The notes: generated by a model from the sequence alone, not told the origin. A stretch of DNA of 64,000 nt from Phoronis australis (GCA_002633005.1 NMRA01000184.1:65255-129254); one strand, 5' to 3'. Shown: positions 12,601-26,462, numbered from the stretch's first letter. Translations and numbers: made by a program.

Positions 12601-15600
12601 ATTGGAGTTTCATAAAAGTTTACTCGAAGCGTGCCACGTGATTGGTCAGTTTTCGAGTACTCTCAGCCCCAGATGAGCGATAATTTCCATCATCTTAATT
12701 ATGTACTACATGCACACCAGTAGTCAACATAATATGGCATATAATTTCACCTATTTTGGACGCTATACGGTAGACAGGTGTTATTTTATTTTCTCATTTT
12801 TTTACAAATGATATACAACATCAGAATGATGCTTTGTCATATCAAAGCTCTGTACGATAGCTACCAACAGAAAATATTGCGAGTATTCAGTCCTTGCAAA
12901 TCAAAAAGAGCAATTTTGACAATTATTTTTGTCTGACGTTTGTGAGATTCTACCATAGATAATAGGTACAAGCACACAATTACTTAAGATCATCCTTGAA
13001 CGGATCACCATTAGCTGTACTGGTTCTCAAGGCTAACTCCAATAGTGTCTCCAAACGAGTAGGCATGATCTGTATACATGGTTAAGGTAGAAAGTGTCTC
13101 AAGTGGCTCGGACAGCTGCTAAGGTGATCAATGAAATTCTAGCAATAACCATAATTGTCTATTTGGGTACTTAAAATGAGGATTTCCATTACAGGACATA
13201 GGAATCAAATAAAAAATAACATGGCCATTCAAAAGTCAAAGCAATGAATCTTCAGGGCAGGGAGATTTAGTTGAATGAGAATGCTAAAAACAAAATAATG
13301 TAGCAATTCAAAAGCTGAAGCTGGTGAAACTTTAAGGGGGAGGGGGTTTAGTTGAACGTGAATGTCAGTTTCAACAGGTATGGCATTTGAGAGATGCAGG
13401 CAGTGTGGTATTGTGGATCTCGCTCAATTGAACAGTCCAACAATCAGAATCAATATGCTAAGATAAGGTCACAAAGCTGTAATGCATTGCATTTTGAAGC
13501 AAACCAGAAAAATGGGACAAATTGCATGAACCTACAAAATTAGGTACATGATTCATAAGAAGCCTCGAACGAACACCAAAAGGATATCCTCAATATCTTT
13601 CTTCATTTCATCCTCAGCCATGTCCATAAACTGTACAATGAAGTCTCCCATATCTAACAGGAAGTAGTGCTTGATGGACCTAAAAGTAAACCATTTGAGA
13701 ATTCCACGCCATAGTATATCAGATGATCGTTGGAGCTAATGCATTAATAAACAGAAGCATTACTAAAAATAAAAACATTTTTATGCAGAGGACACGGAGT
13801 TATCCAATGTAATTAATTCTGAAGCTGTCCCTGCATCAAAATTACAGACATGATGAGATGGCACTTCATTTATTTAAAATAACAGGTAGCAGTCAAGTAT
13901 ACAGGTGTGTCTATATGTACTTACTAGTCGCCTAGTGGGTAACCATCTGAGGTAATTGCCCAAAAATCTAGGCTCTGGTGCTTTTACAGGACTTACAAAA
14001 AATCAGTGGCAAGGGTCCAAAAACAGCTGAAGTTTCTGACAAACTGGGATTGTTCACAAAAATACCGTCATAACATTATGAGAATACCATTAGCACCCAG
14101 TGATAAACAATTAGTAAAAAAACAACAGACCCTTTCCCTTTAACAGTAGAGAAGTCAAAACTAAATTTTCTCTGACAAAATTAAACATTTGCCTGTGATA
14201 GCAGCATCCTAATGGAACCAACAGCCATTTTCCAGGTACTAAATCTCACTAGAAATGTTGCTTTTAGGTCAAAGCATTTTATCATCAAAGCTGCCATTTG
14301 TCACTTTCGTCTTAAAAGATGAACATGACAATGACAGCTTTGGTTATGAAGTTCATAGTTACAGTTTCTGTACAAGACAGTCCATACAGTTTCGTAAACA
14401 ACCAACGTACATCTTCAGTGACAAACGAGAAAACTGATGAGAAATTACACTTAAATATACAAAGCAAGAAATACAAAATGACCAAAAGTTTCACTGGGAT
14501 GTTTTGTGATATAACTGAATAACTCTGTAACTCAAACAAGGCATAATGATCACATAACAGAACACAGTCTAAGCCTGCCCAGGACCACACCCATGCCTCG
14601 GCCTGTTCATGACCACACCCATACCTTAGTCTAGCCATCAACTCCTTCTCTAGCACTAATAGGTCCAGCAGCAACTTGCTGGCGTAGTCAAACGCCTTCT
14701 CAATGTGTTCGACATACCGTCTCTCTTTGAGTGTGTATACAATCTCTTGTGCCTCTGGGTAACGCACATCGCGACCTGATGACATAACCATGGGTGAAAC
14801 TGACACCAGACATTATCAGATAAATTCAAAGGAAATTCAAAACACAGTCTTTTAAAACAAAAAATCCTTTCAACATCTCAAAAAATACATTTGCCAAGAC
14901 ATTTAACAAAAATATAGAACGTTTAGCCAGGATGAAGCGTTATCTGCAGAAAATCTTCCGTCCTACAAGGCACCTATCATACAATGCGCTTTTCTCCATC
15001 CAAAAGAGGGTTGAATTCGAGACATGACCTCAGTGGAGGAAGTGAATGAACAAATACACTGGTTACACAACCACAATCTCCTACCACACTGTCGGACCAC
15101 ATTCAGGTATTTTCCAGTGTTCAGGATCTTATCCGCCAAGCTTTCCAAAAACACCGGTATTCGTTCACGACAAATAACGTAGTGTTCTTCCCAATAGGCG
15201 TCATTGTAATCCTCCTGAAGTCGTTCCTTTTGGACTGTCAGGTTTTCCTCGATGAGAAACTGAAAGTCAAATAACATCTGAGGCTTATGCCAAAGTTTTT
15301 ACATTGAATTTGTTGTATTTTATCATATCTTAACCTAGAGATCTAGGACGAATAATTTTTTACAATATATTTACAAACAAAGAGTTATTACATTTTTGCT
15401 ACCTGCTGGGTGGGAGTGATCAACACAGAACTGTAATAATAGCTTTTGTTGACAATAATCTAGAAGCATTCATTAACTTAAAAAACTTAGAATCAGGAAG
15501 AAAAGGGGTTGAATATCCATTATTACTTTGGTGGATTACTATCAGACATTATGGTATGAGCCCACAGGCTAGTATCACACATGCCAGCATAACTCCATGA

Positions 15601-18600
15601 GCTTCTAAAAATTTGTGCACACGCAATGAACGCGCATTGTCACAATCTGCTATCAGCTTTGTCTTAGCCTGCTTAGTGATAGAGCATAAGTGATAAAGGG
15701 GATGATCTGACATCAACTGAGAGGAAAGATGGGAGGTGGGGGAGCAAAAACCTACCTCAGCATAAGGGTCAGCTATAATTCCTTTATAAATCCACTTCTC
15801 TAAAATTTCAAAATAAGGAATGCATGCCTGAAACAAACATGAGCATGTATATGATTATCTATGAAACATATCAATCACATGGCATGTGTTAATGAATATT
15901 TCTGGATTACCACTTTCACAGTATGCAAAGCATCAGTATCATTTTTGAAGTCAAACGATGTTGCCATTCAAGCTATTCATTGATAACATTTTAGCTTGCA
16001 AACGACTTTATGTCTGACCAATGTGTCCTTACAGTCAACACAAAAGGATGTGTGGGTCAGAGCATTTATTTATCTACTCACAACTGAAATATCAGCCATC
16101 AGTGACTCTTTTTAATACAGCAGCCCCAAGTCTTGATCTATAAGGACTCCTACATCCAATGTTTAAACATAAATACAAAAATGAAACATGCTTCTTTTTT
16201 TGGCTACAGTCCATTAAATAGATGTTCAAAATTTCATGCAAACCCATTCAATCCAGAAATCAATGTTCAACGCTGTCAACAACATGAAAAATGACATAGA
16301 GTTTAAGTCTGAATCAAAATTGTCACAAACAACTCGCACATTTGACCCATGCATTTACAGAAATATTAAGGGCCGCAACAGTCCTACACGGACAATGAAA
16401 TACATTCAATTCTTAAGAAGTTAAGAAAGGATTTCTAACCTTCATTAGAACCAAGTTTGAGACTAGTTTGTAGCCGAAAGTCAAAATACAGTTGGACACA
16501 CACAATAGCCACAGTAAAAATCGCACTGAGCCGTTTAAAATTGTTTCAGCTTGTCCAGTTTTGCCTGATAATAAAATTTCTGTCTAGTTGGATAGCACGT
16601 TTTACTGCAAGATGTCGGCAGCATCATAAAGTACCATAAACAGTCGCTGAGCCTTTTGAAAATCAGTACAGTCTATGCACTTACAGCTTGTGTGAGGTAC
16701 AGGCATAAATCTTGGCTTTTAGGATCCCTGAAAATTTGAAGAAGTATAAATTACTGGGTCAATATTTTAGGATTTTCAAAAATCCAACAATTTCCGTATC
16801 AACAGCAAACAAGAGAGCATACAATTACGCTACTGTTGAAAACCAAAGCTTGGATTCAAAAATTATGATGATCTTAAACATTGCTAACATTGCACCATAT
16901 CTGAAGTCTGACAAATTATAGCTACAGAAAACTGAAAACCTGCACACGATCAATTACATATAACTCCTTGCATAGCTAATTCCCCAACTAACATTAGCAA
17001 TGCTCGCAACAAAACCATTTCACACTAGAAGTCTTCTGTGACTATTTTATGTTTTATGTTTGTTTGATTTGAAGTGATCTATTTGGACGGTGGCCATGTA
17101 CATTGCAAGACAAAAGAAGTCTGTCATGACAACTAATTTAAAATTTGTAAACAGCATGAAGTATTGATAGTAACTAATAGGGCAGTAAAATTCAAATTAC
17201 AGAACAACTTAGCCACCTTACTAACACTGTTAATTCCCCTTCATTCACCGTCATGAGAGAAGACAACTATGACAATGAATTGTCCTCATTATGGGGAATT
17301 CCAGGTCATTTTGTCTGAACACTTTTGCCTTGTACTGTATGTGCAAAATTATACAATTACTCACCCAACCAGACTTGAGGTTTTCTCATGAAGTAAACTC
17401 AAAACAGAACCACCAATGCATTCACCCTGTAACAATAACCACAGTTTGGCATAATGACAATTTCGTACTAGTAAACTTGGTCACATTAGTAAACATTTTC
17501 AGAGTGTACAACTATTTACATCACACAGTATGCTACGTACACCATAATCAAACTCAGGGTAAATCATACGAACCTTGTTAACTGAGTCTGCAACTGATGC
17601 AAGAATCTCCATTGTTCTCATTGTGGGCTGAATGTAAAACCAGAATTTCTGTAGAGAAAGCTGGCCCTGCAACAATGACATCCAAGAATAATGGAAAGAA
17701 AAATACCCAAGAACTACCCACAGTAGAATATTCAAAATTAATTCCGTTTGTGAAAGTACCAACTGACAGTCTCACTCAATGACTCATACACAACCTTGTC
17801 CAATTGTGAATAAAAGTTAATTGTTCATTCACAAACTACAAGTCTTAGAAAACGTAAGAATTCCAATTTGGACACAGTGTTATTATTGGCCACCTTAAAA
17901 TAAAGCCTATGCCAGATTATAAAGAGCTTTAATTTCCTGCTCTTGGCCAACAAATCATAACAAACAAGCCCATTTTATCTAATTTCTCAGTAATTCATTA
18001 AGACATTGCCATTTCCACTACCTTGCCATTACCATAGTACACACCATGGCTACAATGACAATAATGTAGCTACTCACCCTCTTTAGCTGCTGCTCCAACT
18101 GTGCCACTAAGATCATGTAGTCTTTGATAAGGGACCGCATGGCTGCACTCAGTGCATGGTTGACCAACCCATATTCAAACGCTGACTTTTCTGAAAAGCA
18201 AAGACAAAAGGCGTGAACCAACCTCATATACAGAAGCTTAAGATGCAGGAACCTGAATTTCATCAAATTTCAAAGAAAATTATAAGTCCACCACACTTTT
18301 ACTATTATACGCTACTCTCCCAAGGTTAAACCCCCAAAATCTATTTGCGACAGTTGACTAGCAATGAAGGTATTTTGAAAACAAAACACGCTGAAATTTG
18401 TCCGTGTAACATCATTTTCAGACAAGCAGCTCAAGCAGACAACGCGAGCTAATGAGCAATGACGATTATGAGAAAAAGCATTTGTCTCTCATTTTGTGAA
18501 GCCACTTCCAAGGATTACTGGATCATACTGGATTATTGCTCCAGGAATAATGTCACCGGATACTCTTTGTATACATACCTAGGTCACATGACATTGTACA

Positions 18601-21600
18601 TGAGTGGGCAGAATACAGCTTATAAAATACAGACTTATGAACTGGATAAAAGTCCAGAAGCTTATGAACCTATAGAACTTTACAAGGAGTGAGCAATGAA
18701 GAAATGTTAGTGTATTTAAGACATACCTTCTATGAAGCGAGCCACAGTAGAAAAATCAGAGCATAACGGCAAAATATTCTTGACAAGTTCACGCAGTGAA
18801 GGATCTGCAAAGTCAGCAACATATAACGATTCTTAGGACCGATCTTTATAATTTTCATGACAGAAGTAATCATTAAAAAATGCCCTCTAAAGACAGCAGC
18901 ATTCTCATCAGCGTTTTTAGTAAAGTGGGACACACACGGACACATTTTGCAACCATGTTAGTGGTCCCCTTATTCAGATATTCAGATGATTTTTAACAGC
19001 AATACATCTCAGTCACCATGTAGGCATTTGCCTAAAAAGTTTTTGGTAACAAATCCCATCCACCAAACAGTTAGACATTTCTTGTGTATTAACGTTACCT
19101 TTGCCCTTTTTGTGATAAAAAGTAAAACTCATTGTCACTAACCTTGTAAAATTTTCGAAATTCTTACCTAAGCTCTGGTCTATAGTAAATGTCCTTCTGC
19201 CGTATCTGTCAGCTAACGGCAGAGCCAGTATGTATTTTCCTTCTATTCCCTGGCAACAGATGTTGAATCATAAGAATCGTAAATAAATAATAAAAATAGA
19301 CGTTGGAATGTCATGCAGACATCGACGGTTAAGAACAGTAAAGCTGTAAAGTAAAACAACAAGCGTCGGTACTAAAATGATATTTAAGTACTAGTCCACG
19401 AGAGCACCAGCCATGAGCGGCAAGGTGGGGGTCAGCCGATTTTCACCAAATTTGGCACATAGGTAGTCCTATGGGATCTATAAACAGCGGTAANAATCCC
19501 ATCCACCAAACAGTTAGACATTTCTTGTGTATTAACGTTACCTTTGCCCTTTTTGTGATAAAAAGTAAAACTCATTGTCACTAACCTTGTAAAATTTTCG
19601 AAATTCTTACCTAAGCTCTGGTCTATAGTAAATGTCCTTCTGCCGTATCTGTCAGCTAACGGCAGAGCCAGTATGTATTTTCCTTCTATTCCCTGGCAAC
19701 AGATGTTGAATCATAAGAATCATTAATAAATAATAAAAAAGACGTTGGAATGCCATGCAGACATCGACAGATAAGAAGAGTAAAACTGTAAAGTAAAATG
19801 ACAAGCGTCGGTACTAAAATAATATTTAATAAGTATTACCCACATTTTGAGTGGTATGCTGTTTACCAAGAGCATGACACAGACTGCCGAATAGATTGAT
19901 ATAGAAGCAGCACAGATGACCGCCTAGGAAATAGGAGCAATATCATCACGACAACTAACAGTGGGTTAAGCATGATGAGAGTTAACAGTTACGCACAAAG
20001 TTTATGGAAAATAGGGTCAGCTCTGTGAAAAAATGCAGTCAAGTGATTACGAATGTCTGAACATAGTTTTCATGCACACAATAAGATTCTGTGATACTAA
20101 ATCAGTTTTTAGCCACAATAAGATTAAAAACCAGACGATCGCCGCACAAATACTAAAGGATTTTAAAATATCTAGTTTCGTGAGTCTACTAGTAGCAGTT
20201 CAAACGTTATTTTGAAAAATCAAATCTTTGGTAACAAAGTTAGACAGTGACCCTAAGTGAAAAAAACGTATCTATTCATAACAAATTCAGAGATTGAAAC
20301 AAAAGCCAGTGGGTGAATCCATCCTACCTCCATACAGTACAGCAAGTCCTCTATTACAGCTTGTTCTTGTAAAGTAACAGGCAGAGTACCAAGAGATATC
20401 ACATTCTGGAATCAAACAACTGATAATAAAGATCTTATTCATTTCATGTCTCCAAACACCAGTTGTTTAATACATCCCTGCCACTTTATGTACAACATCT
20501 CTCACTGAACTAGCACTCCGTATCACCAACATGGTCATATGACACAACCACCTAACACGAATGACGACATTATCTGAATACAACGATATTACATGTAGCG
20601 TGTTAATTAGTTTTACTTAGAGCTGGGAAAAAATTCAAGATAGATCACTGATGAATTACCATAGCGATTGAGTGAGCTTAATTCAAATCCAGTGAGTAAA
20701 TACCTGGGAATTACTTTTGTGAACAAAAATAATTTTGACAATAAAATAAAGCTAATTTTCAAGTCTCAATAAAATATTTTGCAACTCTTTTGACTAGATC
20801 TATGCACAATTCTATGACGAAAATCTTTTCAAGTGCTTTTACTAAAATGAAATCCTTGAGCTCGACCTGCAACAATAAAACCACAAAGAAAAACAAAGGC
20901 TCGTATGCAACAGGTGAAACCTCGATCAACACACAAAAACACCTGTGTCAGTCAACCTAAATTCATAGTTTAAATTAACTACAAGCAAAATGAAGAATTT
21001 TGAGGTCAACCTACACTGTCCACTGGCTCATCACTGTCTACAACAAAGTCCATAGTGAGATACGGTCGACGAAACAACCAGTCAGGCTGAGCTGGAAGGT
21101 TGACTGAAATTATATAAAAATGACAACACATTTATAACACTGCTGATGAGCTCAAATTCTTTGCATCATGGAAACTGGAAACAGATAGCATGATCAAGAC
21201 CACCGCAATTGACATTGCAGAAGTCACTTTCGTCACACCATTTTATATAAATGAAATAGACCTTTTGTGAGATAAACAGCAAAAAAGATTTTTGTCCCAT
21301 GACGTAGCACTAACATGAAGTGCTTTCAGCAACCCAAGACAGACGCAAGACACATGAGGTGAGAAATCATTCCTAATGAAATTTTGAGTGTACCTGCAGT
21401 TTTGTTCAACAATTCAACCTTCGTTTCTCACTATGACGTCAATGAAAGTGATACAAAAATCAACCTTGTTGTTATCTTTCAAAAACCTATTGCGGATATC
21501 TCTATTCATCCCGTACACCTGAGTTGTTTGAACATATTACTGAAGTAATAAACGAGCATCATCATCAATGGATTTCAACAAAAGATTAAGAGTGTTTCAA

Positions 21601-24600
21601 GACTTGTTACCAATGAGAACAGTACATACAATACACACCACAGGGGCCCAGTCATCATGGTGGGGGAATTCTGGCTCATTTTGTCCAATTTTTGGCATGT
21701 ATTGTATTCAGCCAAGTTACAGAGTAAGATACCAATAATACATAGAGCACAATGCCTTGAACTATCTTTAATTTACAATAGATAACTAACCACAACTCAG
21801 GAACACACTAGTTAACATTGTCCAATAGGACGTGCCACTCACTGTTTCTAGGTTTCTTTCCTCCCAGCACTTTCCTCAGTACTTCCGTAGACACATGTGA
21901 AGCCGTTGTACTTGCCTCCTTCATAAGTTTCTCTTTCAACTGAAAACATAACATTCCTTTCAAGAGTGAACAGATCAAATATTAAGTGCTAAATAGGTTT
22001 CCCTTGATAGACAAACAAAGAGGGCAAATAAAATTTCATGAGAACATTAGAACATTGCAGAGCCAACAAAACAAAATTAACTGAACCAAGTATCGATATT
22101 TTGCTCAAAATGAACTTTGCATGGAATACCGCATATTCAGCCACCTAGTAATGACTGGTCTGGCATTACCTGCACCGGTTGGGAAACCTGGGCTGCCATC
22201 TGTAGATGCAAGACACTCACAACACACTTGTGACTAGAAACATTTGGTTATAGATTGTAAAAAGTGAATTTTATCCCACCATTCAACATTCCAGACTTGC
22301 CAACCAATCGTTTCAATGGAACCCATTTTACTAGTGTATGCTTAGCAAAGCTCTGAGCATAATAGCAGAACACTCGCCTTTCACTCGTTTGACTTTGCGT
22401 GATATTGCGAGATCTTGCTATATCGCATGTGTCTAGCCACTATGTAGAACACCCTTACACATCATTAAGACAGAATAATCTGCAATTAATTTCAGGCATA
22501 CTGACTCTACTTTAGAACCAATCATCAGACGTATCAGTTATTGTCAAAGCTACTTGTGTGGGTGACACTCACATCTTTGAACTCCTGAGGACTCATTGTA
22601 CTTCCAGAGACTGGCATCTGAGCCATGGTAGCCCCATGTGTCCCCAGGGACACGCCTGCTGAGGCTGCTCGACTCTTGGCGTTCTTTTCAAGGAAATCTT
22701 TGGTCTAGAATACAAACACGTTACTTTCATTCTAAACAATTACTGACTGCATCTGCTGCAAACAACTCTCTACAGGGACTATGTACAAAGAGAAACTTGA
22801 ACAAACTGAACAGAAATAATGATGTGGGATAAATGTGCATCATTAAAATAAAACAGATTTACCGATTTATTAAAAAAAATTTCAAGAACTTTCTCAACAA
22901 ACTTTCTCTACTGCTGACCTACTGTGAGGGCACAACATTCACTGATGATAAGCCAGGCAAGGAGCTTGAAATTTGACTTCCTTTCAGGTATTTAGCTTTG
23001 TTGCATTCTGATAACTGATATTTACTTAGTATATTAGTACACCAAACAGAATTTATTGTTAAGATGTGTCAGTTTCAATTATATTTATCAGGGGCTAGAA
23101 ACGATTCCATGACCGCACCTTTAAATTTCAGCTTTGATTCCCTAAAACCTAGTCTAAGATGAGCAAACAAAAACCTATGGTACAAGTTCCATACTCACAC
23201 AGGTGAACTTATACATGATCCAAAAATACTCCACACCTGATGACCATACACTAAACCCAGTAACCAGATTCCTCACCCAGACCCATGGCCGGGGTCTGGA
23301 GTTAGTTACTAGCACCGAGTAAAGGTATATTTTCAGTGCCTGTGGAGTTTAGGGGTGCAGATATAGAATTGTACTGTGGTTTGGTGTTCACCAGTCAGGA
23401 ACTGGATTGAAAATGGAATTTAGAGGCATGTCCACAGAATTGTTTCCACCCCTCAATTAAAAATAAATTCACAAAGATAGTGTGTAGCCAAATTTCAACT
23501 GTTTGATAAAAAATAATTATTAAAATATTCCATTTTTAGTTATCTTCGCCATAACTGTTAATTAAATAATGAACAATTTTTGGAAATGCTGCAAATGTTC
23601 CTCATGTTAATGCCACGTGTTTCAAGGCAGCATGAAGCACCTCACGTATCTTTGCACTGCCAATAGCAATCTAAAACAATAGGGGGCACAACTGACAGAC
23701 CTGAATTAACACTTATGGCAAAAGGCAACCAACCAACAGCACAAACAACATGGGAGCATGACAAGAGCACTCGTTAAATAGGACAGCAATTTTAGATGAA
23801 ACCGTAAAAAATAGTGCAGGTGGTCTGGTACACATTGCAGAACACGTGCAAAGGTCGCTCAGTCGGGTCCATTACACCAAACACCTGAAACCATTTTTGA
23901 ATAGACACGTATAATGCAATCCCATATAGACATAAACACAAGATGACTGACTCAAGGATCTAGCTGTGGCCAGGGGTGCAGGCGGATTCAAACCTACGAC
24001 CTTGTGTACAGAAAGCAGACACTCAACCGACTAGGCCACACTGCTGACCCAAACAATAAAAAAACAACTTTTACCTTTTCGTCCTCACATACTTTTGACA
24101 GCAAGTAAACCATGGGGTCAAGGTCTTTTATACTAGAACAAGCAAAAAGACCAATACGTGAATTTCTCATTATTTCTATTCAACATCAAGAAATCAATAA
24201 GACTATGTCTTGTAAACTCTCAACAACTTTAGATGATCAGAACTAAGCACATAAGGTACACCATAACAGGCAAGATGAATGGAGCGTAATATGTTTCATA
24301 CCAAGCACAAACACTGATCAGGTGTTTGCTATCATTGATTTAGCAGACGTAGACTAGTAGCTTATTGCACAAAACAACAATGTTGACACTGACGACTATT
24401 ATTAAAAAAGAACTTAAAGTTTTTTCAACATTACCAAAGTAACAAATGCCTAGAAAATGCACAACAAAATCATTGCATAAGGAGCACTGAATTACGTTTT
24501 GAACTCAAACAAAAATGGAAACTAAAGATTTTAAAACCTTGGTACTTACTTTTTTGACTTCAGTTCATCGTATTTCTGCAGAAACTCTTGGGGGGTTTGA

Positions 24601-26349
24601 GAAGATTCCGCAATGACACGCTTTGATGTGTGAGCAGAAACCTAAAGAAATCAATTTATAATATTCAGGGCTTGGAATGACCAATCACAAAAAACGCGGA
24701 AACCTTTACGGCCAAAAACATGCGCGCTACCCAGCCTTGAAATAGTCGATGTGAACCTTTCGCAAAAATCGGTAGGACTAAAAATAATAAAAAAAAACGT
24801 TACCACCATCAGTAGCAAGCGTCTGCGTCTTTTTATCTCGTCCATCCACTCTTCCACTCCCACCCCCACACATTTTTGGCTGCAGAGCCGTAGTATTTGT
24901 CACCGCGGTTTACAATAACACGAGACGCCATTGAAAATCCCACCACGCTATCCCAGATGCCCCAGCAATGTTGACAATTTACGTTCCTCCGAAACATAAA
25001 GAGCAACTTCTGCTTTTCGAGGTGAACGTCGTCGGCAACGCCGCGCTAAAAGAAAGGAATTTGCCGCGGAAATTTTAGATCAAATCAGATTTTTTTTACG
25101 CAGAAATATAATAAAATGCGCGGACAGAACATTTGAAAAAAGCGGAAATCCGCGTTTCCGCGGAAAATTCCAAGCCCTGAATATTATGAATTTTTAATGA
25201 AGACAAAGGGTCCCTGCCCAGATTGTTTGATTTTCATAAAACACAAGGATAGGCCTATTTAGACGGAAGACAGTTGTCACGAAGAAACTAACATGGAGCA
25301 GCTGATTGGGCACGAATGTGGGTGTAAACACAATTTTGACATTGCGGCAGCCATTTTTAACACCGGTTTGAAAGGTAGAGTAAGTTGCACTCAATCAATT
25401 GCTCCAGTTTCGATTACACGTGAATTGTCTAAACACAAACTGGGACGTGGTGGAAGGGATCATCTCTATTACGCTTGCGTAACAGCGTGTATATGAATGA
25501 TTTGCTAGCTTTCCACGTGGTTTGGACATTTGCTTTTGTTTATGCGAGCATGCGCAGACAGTCTTCGTGTAAACGACTCATGCTGATCCAGTTTGCAATC
25601 TTATGTTGTGTCAGACTAAAGTGGAGCAAACTGAGCCATGACAACTGTTACCAGTGGAAAAACAGCTTATGAGAAACCTGGAGATGCCTCAGTTGTAAAG
25701 TCATAATTATTATTAAAGTTGCTGCCATAAATTCACCATCTGTCAAAAAGTTGATGTTTATTTAGACCACTTAAAGGCAAAGGTGGGATTTTAGCAGTTT
25801 TTAGAACTGTTCTCTGCATGCAGACATTCCTTGTGGATTTGCACTAGAGAGCAGGTCATCCTTAATCAACATTGAATCGTTATACAACATGAAGCTAGTT
25901 CTAATTCATTGTGCGATAAACCACTAGAAACGTTTTTCACAGCACAATACCCAAGCTCACACAAGTACTTTACCTGCGTTGTGATATAAGGCGCTATGTT
26001 CTTCAACAGCATGTCTGTATAGACCTCGGCACCCACACTGTCTGCTGACTTCACTCTACAAGGAGCCGAAACCATTGACTTGACACAAGCTCACTATTAG
26101 CAAACAATTAAGTAGTTAGTAATGAATAACATTTGATGTGGTGTTGATCCAACAGAGTACACAAGACATTAAAAGCCTCAAGTCCAAATACAATGTTGTC
26201 AATGCTTGCTCATCAAGCTCCTTACATCACATTTTTAAAAAAAATATACACATCAGCCGAGACATAGGTGAATATTTGCATATTTATGGTACTTACCCTA
26301 ACAACCCCATCAGCTCGCTGACATGGTGATGAACTTTGAACTCACTCAT
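6673..26349 (-). CDS. TUBGCP2: Gamma-tubulin complex component 2 (GCP2/Spc97), 26 coding exons, about 883 aa
   Basis: Exons with consistent phases: 26349-26297, 26055-25974, 24641-24550, 24132-24075, 22704-22573, 21939-21843, 21103-21015, 20405-20328, 19692-19611 (duplicated at 19249-19168), 18804-18727, 18190-18078, 17666-17574, 17426-17365, 16727-16685, 15827-15756, 15259-15085, 14775-14625, 13679-13588, 13071-12984, 12213-12140, 11071-10900, 10333-10159, 8575-8432, 8220-8113, 7257-7094, 6757-6673. Total 2652 nt. The translation matches GCP2: MSEFKVHHHVSEL, FEYGLVNHAL, PYFEILEKWIYKG, KILNTGKYLNVVRQCG, GLEAFSFDYVVKWP, RLDFNGFYTEQL. Confidence 0.96.
12048..12175. repeat. 64-bp tandem duplication spanning a TUBGCP2 exon 3' end and its donor site
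   Basis: 12048-12111 and 12112-12175 are near-identical. Each carries exon sequence ...GAGAAAA|GTAAGTATTT on the minus strand. Confidence 0.92.
13072..13587 (-). other. U12-type (minor spliceosome) AT-AC intron in TUBGCP2
   Basis: The 5' end is ATATCCTTTT (13587 downward). The branch point TTTCTACCTTAAC (13093-13081) lies 9 nt before the terminal AC (13073-13072). The AT-AC junction keeps the frame (DIE-E-IMPTRLETLLELAL), whereas the adjacent AG acceptor would shift it. Confidence 0.93.
19052..19830. repeat. About 335-bp duplication of a TUBGCP2 exon region either side of an N (probable uncollapsed haplotype)
   Basis: 19052-about 19388 matches 19495-about 19830 (offset 443). The second copy starts immediately after the n at 19494. 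The exon copies are identical and the intronic flanks differ by SNPs. Confidence 0.85.
23973..24050 (-). mobile_element. tRNA-derived SINE head / tRNA pseudogene
   Basis: Minus strand shows A box TGGCCTAGTCGG and B box-like GGTTTGAATCC at tRNA spacing. Stems are degenerate. Confidence 0.6.
24666..25179. mobile_element. Non-autonomous DNA transposon (MITE) with CAGGGCTTGGAAT terminal inverted repeats
   Basis: CAGGGCTTGGAAT at 24666 pairs with ATTCCAAGCCCTG ending at 25179. AATATT flanks both sides. The interior is GC/CpG-rich, unlike the surrounding intron. A CAGGG start is typical of hAT elements. Confidence 0.8.
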
Positions 26350-26462
26350 GGTGAACTGTACTCAAGTACCAACTGAAAAGGACGTAAAAATTTCATTGAC
26401 AAGATCCCTGAAGAGAATTGCTAAATAACTATTAGCTCTTGAGGTATCCACTGATCAAGCAT

